Source of the DNA: an uncultured delta proteobacterium
GTDB taxonomy: Bacteria > Desulfobacterota > Syntrophobacteria > Syntrophobacterales > Syntrophobacteraceae
Reading direction: 5' to 3'
Assembly: GCA_963808625.1 (NCBI GenBank)
Contig: CAWEHK010000051.1
Location: 1 to 64,000, forward strand
Length of the DNA: 64,000 nucleotides
Shown: piece after piece, positions 30,683 through 42,814 of the stretch
How the letters are laid out: every line of letters begins with the position of its first letter
How positions within the stretch are numbered: the stretch's first letter is position 1
Translations under genes and position numbers: made by a program
Notes under the pieces: model-generated
Seen by the model: only the letters and a program-made list of their open reading frames with translations
The model's database searches: none
What the model was told of the DNA's origin: nothing

Positions 30683-31952
30683 ATGGCTCACCACACCATT
30701 CAATCCGGTTATTCCCGCCTGGTGGACCGCTTGAATCGTTTTCCTCAGGGTGCTCCACCTTCCGAGCTCTTATTCGGCATCTTGAAAATGCTTTTCAGTG
30801 CGCGAGAAGCCGAATTGGTTTCGGTTTTGCCGATCAGACCGTTTACGGCCAAAAAGGCCAGTCATGTCTGGAAAATGGACCTGACCAGCACGCAAAAGGT
30901 CCTCGATGAACTGGCAGGACGGGCCATCCTGCTTGATATGGAACAAAACGGGGAGTCCGTCTACGTGCTGCCGCCCCCGATGGCGGGCTTTTTTGAGTTT
31001 TCCCTCATGCGGGTACGAAATGATATCGATCAGAAGGTCCTGAGCGAGCTTTTCTATCAGTATTTGAATGTGGAAGAAGATTTTATCAAAGCCTTGTTTA
31101 CTCGAGGCGAGACTCAATTGGGGCGCACCTTTGTTCACGAACCAGCCCTATCCCTTGAAAACGCTCTGCACGTTCTGGATTATGAACGCTCGACAGAGGT
31201 CATCAAGAGCGCCTCCCACCGTGCGATCAGCATGTGCTACTGCCGTCATAAAATGCATCACCTGGAGCGGGCATGCGGCGCCCCCATGGACATTTGCATG
31301 ACCTTCAACACGACCGCAGCATCCCTGATTAAGCATGGCTTCGCCCGCGCGGTCGATGGCGTCGGAGGCCCTCGATCTCTTACAGTTGGCTTATGAAAAC
31401 CGGCTGGTCCAGTTTGGTGAGAATGTGAAGGAGCAGGTGAATTTCATCTGCAATTGCTGCGGATGCTGCTGCGAGGCGATGATCGCTGCCCGCCGCTTCG
31501 CCCTTCTCCACCCCGTCCATACCACCAACTTTATCCCTTTCGTCAACGATGCGCAATGCAACGGGTGTGGGAAGTGCGTCATTGCATGTCCCGTGGAAGC
31601 GATGTCCCTGGTCTCAGCCAATGATCCGCACCAACCCAAAAGGAAAAGAGCCAAGCTCGAAGAGGATCTCTGCCTGGGATGCGGTCTTTGCGTGCGCGCC
31701 TGCGCCAAAGCGAGCATTCATCTGAAATCCCGTCCGCAGCGGGTGATCACCCCCCTGAATGGAGTCCACAAAACCGTGGTGATGGCCATTGAACGCGGCC
31801 AATTGCAGAACTTGATTTTTGACCAGCAGGTACTCTGGAGCCATCGTGCCCTGGCTGGTGTGGTGGGCGTCATCCTGAAACTGCCGCCATTCAAACAGGC
31901 CCTGGCCAGCCGCCAGGTCAAATCACGCTATCTGGAAGCCCTTATCGGCTAA
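30683..31952 (+). CDS. 4Fe-4S ferredoxin-domain protein (frameshift near 31360)
   Basis: CYCRH..C..C, ICNCCGCCC, CNGCGKCVIACP and CLGCGLCVRAC. Confidence 0.85.
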
Positions 31953-32851
31953 TGAAACAAATGATCAAAGACTCAGAAAAACCATCAGGTGGTGATCTTT
32001 CCCACTGGTTGCAGGAGATCATCAGGAAATTCTGCATGGAGTCGCCCGACAACTCGCTCAAAAGAGAAACCGATGAAAGGGCATGGGATGAGCCATTGAT
32101 TGGGTTCTCCAGCGGCAGTGACCCGCTTTATCCGCAACTGAAGGAGGATATCGGCCCCTTTCTCTGGACTCCCCTCGAAGCATTCGAGAAAAGCTTCCCT
32201 CAGATGGCCGTTTCACCGTCTGACTTGACCGTGATCAGTTGGATCCTGCCCCAAACCAGGGCCACCAAAAGCGATCACCGGAAGGAAACCGCCTATCCTT
32301 CGGAAAGGTGGGTGAGGTCACGGCTCTATGGAGAAGATTTCAACGCCAAACTCAGGAACTACGTTGTTGTCACTCTGCTGGAGGCAGGCTTTGAATCCGT
32401 TGCACCGGTAGACTCACCGTTTTGGTCACCGGAGATTTCTCTTCGGTATGGCTTTTCATCCAGATGGTCCGAGAGGCATGCGGCGTACGTTTCCGGACTT
32501 GGAACGTTCGGGCTGTGCGATGGCTTGATCACAGCGGCAGGCAAAGCCATGCGGTGTGGCTCGGTGGTCAGCCGGATTCCTATCAAACCAACCATCAGAC
32601 CATATACGGATCATCACGCGTACTGCCTTTACTTCTCCCACAGCAAGTGCGGCAAGTGCATTGCTCGATGTCCTGTCGGGGCAATCTCCGAACGGGGTCA
32701 CGACAAGATAAAATGTCGGGAATACATTCGCAACGTGACCGCCAAATACGGAAAGGACCGATTTAACATTGATACCAATGCTTGTGGGCTGTGCCAGACA
32801 CGCGTTCCCTGTGAATCCAAAATCCCGTTGGCAAAAGGAGAATCACCGTAA
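31952..32851 (+). CDS. Epoxyqueuosine-reductase-like (QueG-like) Fe-S protein
   Basis: WSERHAAYVSGLGTFG, CGKCIARCPVGAI and CGLCQTRVPC. Confidence 0.8.
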   Translation: MKQMIKDSEKPSGGDLSHWLQEIIRKFCMESPDNSLKRETDERAWDEPLIGFSSGSDPLYPQLKEDIGPFLWTPLEAFEKSFPQMAVSPSDLTVISWILPQTRATKSDHRKETAYPSERWVRSRLYGEDFNAKLRNYVVVTLLEAGFESVAPVDSPFWSPEISLRYGFSSRWSERHAAYVSGLGTFGLCDGLITAAGKAMRCGSVVSRIPIKPTIRPYTDHHAYCLYFSHSKCGKCIARCPVGAISERGHDKIKCREYIRNVTAKYGKDRFNIDTNACGLCQTRVPCESKIPLAKGESP

Positions 32852-33047
32852 AAGGAGGGTCATCCCAAAAGGAGGACCACCGTCAAAGGAGGGCGGGTTT
32901 TCCAACCCGCCAGATGGCTCTTGTCACTACACAAATACACCCGAATAACAGGGAGCCGTAACGTTCCTCTTTGGATTCATCACTTCATCTACCGGGAAAC
33001 GCATGCCCCCCACCAACACGAAGACCCTGCTTCTATTGCTCGAACGC

Positions 33048-33692
33048 TCAGAGCTTTTCAATTCGCACGGGTCGAACCAGTGGCTCCCGTACTGAGTTAA
33101 GGAGGCCTGATAGTTCCTCGGCGAGGGCCTCGACGGTCGTGAACAGGATCCCCTGCATTCCCAAGGCACGGGCAGCCAGCACATGCTCGATGGTGTCGTC
33201 AATGAACACAGCTTCTTCGGGCCTAACGCCCAGGCGCTCGACTACCACCTGAAACACGGCCGCATCGGGTTTGACCAGGCCTTCGTCGCCGGAACAGAAC
33301 ACGACGTCGAACAATTCGAGAATACCCCAGTCGTCCAGCCACTGGCCAAGGCCCGGCGGGTTGTTGGAAAGCACGGCCAGCCGGTAATGGCCATGCAAGC
33401 GGCGAAGCAAATCCTCGATGCCATGGTTGATCGCCTCATCGCCATGGTAGCGACGATGAAAGGCCTCGATTGCCTCGGGAGCAAACAACCCGAGCTCAGG
33501 CCCGATTGCCTGCCAGAACTCATCAGCAGTCTTCAGGCCCAGCAGCGCATCCCGCCAGGCCTGACTGTCAAACATGATGGCGTTGATCGTGTCGGGCTCC
33601 AGCCCCAGGTCCTCCTCGTAGCGATGAAACAGGGATGATGGCTTTGGCGCCGAAATAACCCGGCCAAAATCAAAAATGACGGCCTTGATCAT
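33048..33692 (-). CDS. HAD family phosphatase
   Basis: IKAVIFDFGRV, LSN, KPD and VFIDD. Confidence 0.9.
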   Translation of the reverse strand: MIKAVIFDFGRVISAPKPSSLFHRYEEDLGLEPDTINAIMFDSQAWRDALLGLKTADEFWQAIGPELGLFAPEAIEAFHRRYHGDEAINHGIEDLLRRLHGHYRLAVLSNNPPGLGQWLDDWGILELFDVVFCSGDEGLVKPDAAVFQVVVERLGVRPEEAVFIDDTIEHVLAARALGMQGILFTTVEALAEELSGLLNSVREPLVRPVRIEKL

Positions 33693-34032
33693 GGGATCAT
33701 CCACCTCGGCAGGCATGACTGCAAAGGATAAAACCTCTCCCTCCCGGCTTTACCGCAGTCCTTCATGTCTCTTCGGGACACCCGAAACCATGAATACGCC
33801 GGAAGGAACGCGCAACCCGAAACCCAAAACTCCGGACTTTTCGTAACAGAAAGCATGGCCTATTTTACCATCTCCTCAGGAGATTGAGCCGGTGGGGAAG
33901 ATTGGGAGGCGCGGCGGTCCATTTTTGCCGGAAACCCGCGCCAGCGAATCATCCGCCGGTTTCATTAGAACCCTCAAGGCAAATTGCTTATCGCCACCCA
34001 CACCGCTTCAGCCGATCTCAAGCAGGGCGATT

Positions 34033-34572
34033 TCAGGGGCTCTCGTCAAGAATGTTCCAATCCTTTTCCCGATTGGCGTCGAGCTTTCTGCGGCCGTATT
34101 TAATGGTCACGATATCGGTAAGCGTTCCATTCCCCTTAAACGTGCCCGTCACATAGACGTTACCGGAAACGTCTGCGACCACACCCACGGCACGATCATC
34201 GCGCGGTCCCTTCGTGCGGTACAATCGCGTGCACCCTTGGGTCACAGCCGCTTCGGAACCAGAGCCAGAAGAATTTCCTCCTTGCTGGAGAGTCTGCTCC
34301 CCTTGTGCCGGCAGGGAGCGGTAACCAACGCTCTGGTGAGACCGCGTCGAATGCTACTCGTTCCATCTGCCAGAAGTCGGTCCGGTAGGTTGAAAAAGCC
34401 GCCCCTTTGTCGGGAAAGACGGCCGAGCTCCCTCACGCCACGATCGCTGACGGAGGGGACTATAAAACCCCTGTTCCACTGGGAATGCCGCCATCCTCGC
34501 TGTAGCCGAAGAGAACTCAGACCAGCTCACCGTCGCCAACAGCACCGCACTCAAGAGAACCAACCGCTTCAT
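34033..34572 (-). pseudogene. Fragmented secreted protein with one SBBP-like beta-propeller repeat
   Basis: Signal-like MKRLVLLSAVLLA, and a separate-frame DDRAVGVVADVSGNVYVTG..DIVTIKY. Confidence 0.45.
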
Positions 34573-34820
34573 GTTGTACCTCCGCGGCCCGGGGACCTGA
34601 CCCATTTTCTGCCGCTCTAAAGAGCCGCTCAACCCTCAACTGCCCATGAAACTCGGGTGGCGGGGTGGCTGACCGTATCTATTTTGCTCGATGGGTCTGA
34701 CAATGGAGGCCATCAACCTGGAGCATTGTCATTAAGGTTGATGACCTTTGACAGGACATGTGCTAGCATTATGCAACCAGGTGCGAGTGAACTGGTCTAC
34801 CAGAAAGGGGAGAAGAAGCC

Positions 34821-35062
34821 ATGGCGACACTCCATGTACGGAATGTACCCAATGAATTAAGCACGAACGCACAGGCGATCGCTCATGCAAACAACCGATC
34901 ATGAGTGCTCAGGTGATCAGCATGCTCAGCAGGGCCGCCGAGGAAGAAGAGCTCAGAGAGTCAAGATCCCAAAAGCTTGCCGCAGTGCGGCGCCAGCGTA
35001 TTACCTATGCAAAGCAGGTCCCTGAAAGTGCGACCCTGTTACGGGAGGATCGGGCGCGATGA
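34821..35062 (+). CDS. FitA/VapB-like ribbon-helix-helix antitoxin (frameshifted)
   Basis: MATLHVRNVP..AHANNRS(M)SAQVI..LLREDRAR. Its stop overlaps the toxin start (ATGA). Confidence 0.75.
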
Positions 35063-35505
35063 AAGGGGGGCGTTATGTGGTCGATGCGAGTGTAGCGATC
35101 AAGCTCTTTATCGACGAACCGTTTTCGGAGCAGGCAGAGGTCCTTTTTTCGATCCTCAAGGACGATCCGGTAGGGGAATTCTATGTGCCGGACCTCTTCT
35201 TTATCGAGTGCACCAACGTTTTATGGAAACACATCAAAAGGTTCGGCTATCCGGAAGAGAAGGCATACGAGGACCTTGCCGCGCTGAGAGGCCTTTGGCT
35301 TCAAAGCTTCGTAACCGGTGAGCTCGTGGTGGATGCCTTGACGATTGCTGTGGCTCACGACATAACCGCTTATGACGCATGCTATGTAGCGCTTGGCCAG
35401 CAACTGGAAATCCCGCTGGTGACGGCTGATGAAAGACTCGTCAGGAAGATGGCCGATACGGTCCATGCCGTCCAATGGCTCGGAGACCTTTCATTTCTGC
35501 ACTGA
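35059..35505 (+). CDS. vapC: PIN-domain VapC-type toxin
   Basis: VVDASVAIK, E.TNVLW, YDACYVAL and LVTAD. Confidence 0.9.
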   Translation: MKGGRYVVDASVAIKLFIDEPFSEQAEVLFSILKDDPVGEFYVPDLFFIECTNVLWKHIKRFGYPEEKAYEDLAALRGLWLQSFVTGELVVDALTIAVAHDITAYDACYVALGQQLEIPLVTADERLVRKMADTVHAVQWLGDLSFLH

Positions 35506-35534
35506 TCCCTTCTTGCGCCGTTTCCGGGCTGCGC

Positions 35535-35941
35535 TCAGATCTTATCGCCCAGCACCCCAAGGTTGGCCAGATCCTGCTCTTTACCGATCATGACGAGGAT
35601 ATCGCTCGGTTCAATGACGAAATCGGGGGATGGCAGAAAGACAAAGCGTGGGGGAATGATCTCCCTGATCGCAGGGATGAGGATGCCAAATTTTTTCTGT
35701 AGGTCGAACTCAGCGAGCGTATTGCCACAGAAACGGTCCGGCGGCGTGAAATTAATGACCCGATAATCTCCATCGAGGGGAACGAAGTCCAATTGGGCAG
35801 GCACCCGAGGTAATGATGTTGATTCATCAGTTCCCGGAAGTGCTTTTCTTCGACTCGCCCAACAGGTCGTACAAGGATCTCGCGCGCATTCAAAGCGGTT
35901 TGTCTCGTTGTTTTTCCCTTTTCCCCCTTGACAGCATTCAC
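35535..35941 (-). pseudogene. Chimeric remnant: DUF4338-like fragment joined to a TrkA-C fragment
   Basis: ILVRPV..FRELMNQHHYLG (35800-35900), then LDFVPL..GNTLAEFDL..SDILVMIG in another frame. Confidence 0.55.
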
Positions 35942-36233
35942 GCAAGTGCATAGTAGCTGCTATGCAACCATAGTGAAGCAGATGTAGCAAGAAGCTACTC
36001 AAAGGCATGCTTCGTCGTCAATAAAGCCAGGAAGGCTTTGAGGTGACAGGAGGACCTGTCCGAGCCCTGCTGGCTTTTTATCGTTTTCCGGCAGGACTGA
36101 TTATCATAGAATTTTTAAGTGGTTAGAACGAATGGCAACGCAATCGGTCCTTTCCGCCGCATCCATTTGCGATAATCTAAGTCACCTGGTGGATGAGACA
36201 CATGCCGGCGAAGCGGATTGCCTCGAATGGGCC

Positions 36234-37205
36234 ATGGGGAGGATCGTTATCTCAGGGGAGCGCATTTGGCAGAACCTCGCCATCTCAAGCCTCCTCCACA
36301 TGGCCCTTGCCTTGCTTCTCCTGGTTGCGCCATTTGCCAAAACCACCACGAATCCTCAGGTCCTTCAGGTTCAATTAGTCTCCATGGGTGGCGACGGGGA
36401 CCTTTCCGCCGCTGGCTGCGATGCCCCCGGGGGAGGCCCGCCCGCGGCCTCCGAAGCAGGCAAAGCAACCCCACCCGGGAAGGCTGCCGACAACTCAGCA
36501 GAAAACACGAAATCCGATACCTCCAACAAGGCTCAACTGATCGAGGCGGAAAATAAGCCAGTCCAAGCTGAAGCGACAGCCCCGATGCCGGAGGAGAAGC
36601 CCGTACCTGTCGATGAAAGTAAAGAACCAGCCCCCATCCCGGCACGCGAAGCCATAAAGAAGACCCCGAAGCCACCGGATCGCCCTCTCCCTGCCGCGAA
36701 AAGCAACCTCCAGAAAGCTGCTCCGGATGATGCGAAAACGCGGTCGGAAGCCGATTCCCGACCGGCCTCCGATTCCTCCTCCTCCTCCGAGGGCAATCCC
36801 CAGCTCCGAGATCAAGACGGGGGCAAGTCTTCGTCTACCGGTTCCGGCGAGGGATCGGGGGCGCAAGCCGGTCATGGCCGGGGCGGTCCTTCGGGGAGTG
36901 GACCGTTTGAAGCCCAGTTCGGCTCGCCCAATGGGCCCCGTTTTCTTCGCAAGGCAACACCGAATTATCCCCATCAAGCCCGGCAGATGGAAAAGGAGGG
37001 AACGGTGATCCTGCACGTCACCATCGATGAGATGGGCCGCGCCGTGGAAATCGAGCTGGTGAAAAAGGCCGGGCACGGTTTCGATGAAGAGGCGATCAAG
37101 GCGGTGAGAAATTCAACTTTCGCGCCGGCCAAAAAAGACGGCAGACCTATAACGTGCAAAGCCGTTCTGCCGATCCGCTTCGTCCTGAAAAACACGGAAG
37201 ATTAA
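36234..37205 (+). CDS. tonB: Energy transducer TonB
   Basis: N-terminal TM with SSLLH, a Pro/Lys-rich linker, and C-terminal YPHQARQMEKEGTV..FDEEAIKAV. Confidence 0.88.
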   Translation: MGRIVISGERIWQNLAISSLLHMALALLLLVAPFAKTTTNPQVLQVQLVSMGGDGDLSAAGCDAPGGGPPAASEAGKATPPGKAADNSAENTKSDTSNKAQLIEAENKPVQAEATAPMPEEKPVPVDESKEPAPIPAREAIKKTPKPPDRPLPAAKSNLQKAAPDDAKTRSEADSRPASDSSSSSEGNPQLRDQDGGKSSSTGSGEGSGAQAGHGRGGPSGSGPFEAQFGSPNGPRFLRKATPNYPHQARQMEKEGTVILHVTIDEMGRAVEIELVKKAGHGFDEEAIKAVRNSTFAPAKKDGRPITCKAVLPIRFVLKNTED

Positions 37206-37305
37206 TGACGCCCCGGCGGAAGTCTCCAGCGGCTGCCATTCCCGTTTCTTTTCTCGAGTGCAATTTTCCCATGCGACATCCAACCCCGCCTTTCTTTTTC
37301 TGTCT

Positions 37306-37381
37306 TCTCACGCGAAGACGCGAAGACGCAAAGGTAGTGGAGAATCTTCGCGCCTTCGCGCCTTCGCGTCTTCGCGTGAGA
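37306..37381. repeat. Inverted octamer-repeat element between convergent genes
   Basis: TCTCACGCGAAGACGCGAAG...CTTCGCGTCTTCGCGTGAGA. Confidence 0.85.
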
Positions 37382-37423
37382 CTTTTCGGCCAATCTCAAG
37401 CACGTCCGCGATGATCCAAAATT

Positions 37424-38203
37424 TTACAGCGCCTGATCAACATTGGGCACGACCAGTGCCCGGTCCCGGTAAGGGATCGAGCGGAGTTCGGTGCCGTATA
37501 CCCGCTGCAGCACCTCGGCGTCCCACGGCTTTTGGGAACTGCTCCATGATTCGATTTGCCCATCTTTTATAAAGACAAACCGGTCGCCATAAAGAAAGGC
37601 GATGTTCGGGTCGTGAAGCACGGCCACGACCGCGAGCTCCGAGCCCGCCAGCTCCCTGATCAGGCGCAGCACATGTGCCTGATTGACAAAATCAAGATGG
37701 GCAGTGGGCTCATCCAGAAGGACAATCTGGGGCTCCTGGGCCAGGACCCTCGCAATCATCACCAACTGCTGTTCGCCCCCGGAGAGTTCCGTGAAAGGGC
37801 GCCATCGCAAGTGGCTCACACCCACCTTCTCCAAAGCCATCAATGCTTTCTGTCGGTCCTCCTGCCCCGGAATCAGGTTCACATAGCTTGCCCGTCCCGT
37901 GAGCACAACATCCTCGACGGAGAACGGAAATATCGGGCGGTGGAATTGCGGCAGGTAGCCAATGATGCGGGCCCGCTCCCGGAGCGTGAGATCACCGAGC
38001 TCCCTGCCCATGACCTGCACCGTCCCTTGCTCAGGGTTGAGCAGGCCGGCCATGATTCGCAACAGCGTTGACTTGCCGCTCCCATTCCTTCCCAAAACGA
38101 TGGTGAACTGCCCCGGTTGGATTTCAACGGTAACGTTATCCAATACCCGCCTGCCGCCATAGCTGAAGGAAAGATGATGACATGTGAGCAGACGACTCTT
38201 CAT
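37424..38203 (-). CDS. FecE/BtuD-type ABC ATPase
   Basis: GRNGSGKS, LSGGEQQ and LLDEPT. Confidence 0.92.
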   Translation of the reverse strand: MKSRLLTCHHLSFSYGGRRVLDNVTVEIQPGQFTIVLGRNGSGKSTLLRIMAGLLNPEQGTVQVMGRELGDLTLRERARIIGYLPQFHRPIFPFSVEDVVLTGRASYVNLIPGQEDRQKALMALEKVGVSHLRWRPFTELSGGEQQLVMIARVLAQEPQIVLLDEPTAHLDFVNQAHVLRLIRELAGSELAVVAVLHDPNIAFLYGDRFVFIKDGQIESWSSSQKPWDAEVLQRVYGTELRSIPYRDRALVVPNVDQAL

Positions 38204-39210
38204 ATTTCCCACCCGAGTTTCGATCGTCGCAGCAGAAAAATGAAGAAGGGGCCGCCAATCAGGGTTGTAAAGATGCCTATCGGCACCTCGAAGGAAGCGG
38301 CAACACGAGAACAATCATCCACCAGGAGCAGGAACGATCCGCCAAGGGCGAGGGAGGCGGGTAAGGTTCGGGTGTTGTCCGGGCCGATCAGCATGCGCGT
38401 CATGTGCGGGACCACCAGCCCCACCAGGCCGATTACCCCGGCCACGGCTACCGAAGCAGACGCCGCCAGGGTTGCCGGGATGAGCACGAAAAGCTTCTGA
38501 TGCTCGGGATTTAACCCCACGGCCCGCGTTTCTTCGTCCCCCAGGGCCAGGACATTCATGCGCCACCGGAAGAGCAGGAGCCAGCCCACCCCTGCCAGGA
38601 TTCCCGGAGCCGAGGAATTGAGCTTCGCCCAGCTGGCATTGTGGAGATTCCCCATGGTCCAGTGGACAATCGTCTGAAGCTTGAAGGGGTCGGTCAAAAA
38701 CTGCACGATGGTGAGAAGTGCGGTAAAAATCCCGGAAACAATGATTCCTGAAAGAATCAGGGAGATGATGGTGACGCTTTTCCGGGTGCGAGCCAGGAAA
38801 TAGCTGGCCCCAACGGCAGCCATGCCAAAAGCGAAAGCGGAAACCTGGAGGGGCATCCACGAGGTGGCCAGGGCCAGCGCCGCACCGAAAGCCGACCCCG
38901 ACGACAGCCCCAGGAGATAGGGGTCAACCAGGGGATTTCGAAAAAGGGCTTGCAGCGCATTGCCGGACCCGGACAGCGCGGCGCCGACCAGGAATGCCAG
39001 CAAAATTCTCGGAAGGCGCACATCCCACACGATCGTACCAACGAGCCCGTCGCCGACCGCAGCAGACGATGCCGGCAAAAACCATGAACCGGTCAGCCAT
39101 GTCAGAACATCACTGGCGCTCACCGTATCGGCCGGCCCCAGGAATAAAGACACGATCAAAACCGGGAGCGGAGTTGCGTATATTAGATAAAGCGCCATTC
39201 TGGGACGCAA
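38200..39210 (-). CDS. FecCD/BtuC-type ABC permease
   Basis: VRLPR, QALFRNPLVDPYLLG and GLVVPH. Confidence 0.92.
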   Translation of the reverse strand: MRPRMALYLIYATPLPVLIVSLFLGPADTVSASDVLTWLTGSWFLPASSAAVGDGLVGTIVWDVRLPRILLAFLVGAALSGSGNALQALFRNPLVDPYLLGLSSGSAFGAALALATSWMPLQVSAFAFGMAAVGASYFLARTRKSVTIISLILSGIIVSGIFTALLTIVQFLTDPFKLQTIVHWTMGNLHNASWAKLNSSAPGILAGVGWLLLFRWRMNVLALGDEETRAVGLNPEHQKLFVLIPATLAASASVAVAGVIGLVGLVVPHMTRMLIGPDNTRTLPASLALGGSFLLLVDDCSRVAASFEVPIGIFTTLIGGPFFIFLLRRSKLGWEI

Positions 39211-39237
39211 AGCCTGATTCCTGTCGCCGCTCGCTAA

Positions 39238-39401
39238 GAGCGTGTCTTAAAACAGAAAGTAAGTGACCTTGTCATGATTTCCGACTGAGCCCCCGATCGT
39301 CATTCCCGCATGCATCTAGCGGGAATCCATGTTCTTAAAGGCCTGGACCCCCGCCAAACACATGCGGGGGTGACGCTCAGAGGGACTGTTTGGACACGCT
39401 C
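39238..39401. mobile_element. MITE with a TAA target duplication
   Basis: TIR GAGCGTGTC/GACACGCTC flanked by TAA at 39235-39237 and 39402-39404. Internal palindromes GTCATTCCCGC..GCGGGAATCC and CCCCCGC..GCGGGGGTGAC. Confidence 0.8.
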
Positions 39402-40443
39402 TAAGGCAGAAGCTCGATGAGAGCAGGCCTCTCGCCATACAGTTCCCGGACGAGGACCAGCTTCTCTCTTTCAGGTCCAGGTCGCGAAACAGCTCGGGAT
39501 AGCACCATTTGGCAACCATCTTCACGGCATACTGATACTTGAGGGTCCAAAGATCGCAGGAAAAGATGTCAGGAAACTCGTAAACCCGCTGCTGCCGCAC
39601 CGCGCTTATGGACTGCCACATGGGGTTATGCAGAATGTCGGCAGGATCTTTCCTCGCATTGTACCACATGACGATTACCTGCGGGTCCCATTTGAGGACC
39701 TTCTCCATATTGACTACGAGATGCTCCTGCTCGATGGAAGCGCAGACATTCACCGCCCCGGCCAGGGTGATCAGCTCATCGACGGTGCTCGGTCTGCCGG
39801 AGGTCTCCAGATCCCCCTGAGCCCACATGTAATAGACCCGCACCCGTCTCCCCCGGCGCCACGGCAGCGGTTCTGCTCGCACCTCGGCCCAGGGCCTCCT
39901 TGGTGCGAGCGACAAGCTCGACGGCCCTTTCCCGCTTCCCCGTCAGGTCCCCAAGGGCGAGCATTTCCTGGTAGACATCCTCGAAACTCCGGATAAAAAT
40001 CCCAAAAACCGGGATTCCCCGTTCTTCGAGAGCGCGAATGGCCTCTTCCTGATGCGCCCAGATGATCACCAGGTCGGGCTTCAACCCGACCACTTTTTCG
40101 ATATTGATGAAATCCCAGTTTCCGGGTGTGGGCAGACTCCTGCTGCGAATCCTCTCATCCATCGCCGCATAGTAGCGAAAGGTCTCTTCCTGATACACAT
40201 TAGCGGAGATGCCGACGACTCTCGCTTCCGCCCCCAGCATGTAAATGCCGCTGAGTGCGCTTTCGATGAGGCAGACGATCCGTTCTGCCGGTTGCCGGAG
40301 CAGAATATTTGCCTCGGAAGTCCTGCACTTCGATGGGTTGAGCGGAACCTTCTTGCGCAAAGGCCATGGCGAAAGAGGGAGGAATACTCCCCCTCGAACA
40401 CCTGGGTGAGCAGCAGTGCAATGAGCAGAAAAAACTTCAACAA
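39401..40443 (-). CDS. Periplasmic substrate-binding protein (FecB/BtuF class), several frameshifts
   Basis: Signal-like N-terminus, PAERIVCL, NIEKVVGLKPDLVI and VNMEKVLKWDPQVIV. Confidence 0.85.
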
Positions 40444-40478
40444 ATCCGCTTCAAACGCTCACTCCTCATTTCCCCATC

Positions 40479-40580
40479 CTTACTCCTGACTGCTTACTCC
40501 TGACTATTTTTGCCGTTACTCACTGCTTACTCCTCGCCTTAGCTTACTCCGCTTAGCTGCGCTCTACTCCACTCCCTACT
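40479..40580. repeat. Degenerate heptamer repeat (CTTACTC/CTGACT)
   Basis: About 7-bp periodicity in the intergenic region. Confidence 0.6.
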
Positions 40581-40604
40581 CATCACCCGTCGCGCCCTCC
40601 TTTG

Positions 40605-42671
40605 CTAGAAGCGCATTTCCACACCACCGGCCGCAGAAAAACCGGGGTCCTGGAACTGCCAGGGCATTTCATAGGTGTTATTGGTAATGTTGTAGAGATC
40701 CAGATGCAGATCCAGGTAATGGGCATCGTTCTGGATTAGGACCTTGGTCAATTTCATGTTCAAGACTTCGTAGGCATCAAACTGCTGCCGGCCGCTCCTC
40801 GAGTCGCTGTCATAAATGGAGCCGCTGACATGCAGGTAGAGAGCTGCCGAGAAGTTCTTGGGGAAGTCCAGGATGACTCCGACATTCCCCATATTTTCGG
40901 GGACAAATGGAATTTCGGTGCCGTCCTGATCGGGATAGAGGTCATTGCCAGACGCGCGAGTGGGTATAGGTGTAATTGCCAAACCACTGGAGCCAGGGGA
41001 GGAGCCGGTGCCGGATTTCAAACTCCACACCGTAGGAGGTGGCGCTGCCGGCGTTGACGTCTATGGACTGGGAAGGATCGTTACTGACCCGGTTGGTAAT
41101 GATGGCATTATCCAGCATATTGCCGAATCCGCGCAAACTGAGCTTGACGTTTTTGATCGGCTGATAATCGATTCCCAGGTCCGTCCCGAGGCCCGTTTCC
41201 GGTTGTAGACCCGGATTGGGAAGCTGACCGTTTTTGCCGGGAACTCCCACATCACTGGGAAGGAGCGTCCCGCCAATGGATTTGATCCCGGGGACGAGAA
41301 AACTCGAACCGGCATTTCCATAAACCGAGAGGTCTTCGGAGAAGTTATAGCGCACCCCGCCGCTCCAGAGAGGTTTGTCCCATGACTGGCTGTCTATGGC
41401 CGGGACCGTGCCGCCAATGAGGTCGTAGTTCTGCCACGACCAATTGTAGCGCCCGCCGGCGCGGAAGATCCAGTTGCACAAGTAATATTCTTCCTGCAGA
41501 TAGAGGCCTGATTGGTAGGCGCTGGCATCATTTCCAATCACCTGGTAGCCGTTGGCCGGCGTCGAAAAAGTCCGATAGGTCCCATACTGGAAATCGGTGC
41601 CGACCGTCAGGACGCTGTTTTCCAGGTGCCTGATCGAAAACGAAGCATCGGCGGGGAAGATTTTCTGTTCCACCCCGTTATTGGAATTGAGGCTGAGATC
41701 CGGATAGTTGTCCTCCGTCCAGCTCCGATCATAATTGCGGTAGCCCGCCTTCACCTGTGCCGTCAGTAATTGTTGATTTCATTGTAGTAATTGGCGTTGG
41801 CAATGGAGTAGGTGTGATCGAACGAGACGATTGGGGCGCCCCACGTTGCCGTCATGCCAGGTCTGGTTGCCAAAAAGGGAGAGCTTGTGGTTTTCGTCGC
41901 CGCCAAAGTAATAGGTTGCACGCCCGAAGAGCTTCAATTTCTGAATAATCGGGGTTATCGAGGATATGCAGCCACGAGTCCTGGGTCCCATAGTTGGTGT
42001 AATCGGATTTTTCCCCCCAGCCCCCCACATAAAAGTGGAGATTCTCAATCCGGTACTGGCCGATGCCATGGCCGGTGACGGTATTGTAGGAGCCGTAGTC
42101 AAGAGACCCCCGGGTTTGGTTTTCAAAGGTTCTTTCTTTCAGAATGAAATTGGTCGTTCCGGCCAGGGGACTCTGATTTCCGGCGAAGTCCTGGGAGAGG
42201 TAGTTGGGGTAGAGGACCGATGCCGGACCTTTTTGCGTCTCGATCCTCGCCAGCGCCCACGGGATCAAGGGCCATCGGGTCCACAAAGGAGTCGATGGGC
42301 AGGCCATCCAGAAGGTAGGTGTTATACTTGGGACCAAGTCCGCCATAGGAGCCCCAGTTGGCGTCATTCCTGGAGAGCACGTTGACGAAAACCCCCGGTG
42401 TATACATCAGCGCCTCGGCGATATTCCGATTTTCCAGGACGATCTGATCAAGAGTTTTCTGGGTGATGACATCCACCTTCTGCGTCACGTTGCCTTTCGT
42501 CTGGGGCAGCTTGGATGCCGTCACCACGATGCTCTCGAGTTGAGCAGCGCTCCCAAAGTAGCTCGCATCGTTCTGGTCTGGATTGGCTCCGGGATTCGCC
42601 TGTTGCGCGAAACAGGGCACGGGGATAAGGACGAGCATCAACAATGGTAAAATCGTCAAATAGTGCTTCAT
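40605..42671 (-). CDS. TonB-dependent outer-membrane receptor 1 (several frameshifts)
   Basis: Signal peptide, TonB box ESIVVTAS, plug (LLDGLP, KGPASVLY), NPGLQPETG and C-terminal GVEMRF. Confidence 0.9.
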
Positions 42672-42814
42672 GTCTCGGCTCCTTTCAACAATGAAGTTCA
42701 GCACTTTTCGCACAACCCATCGCCCCGGTCCGGCATCGCCGAAACCGCTGATGGGGTGCTTTGCTGTCCTTCGCGAGGGTGATGGGAAAATTTCGAGGAG
42801 TCGGCAGTCGCACG

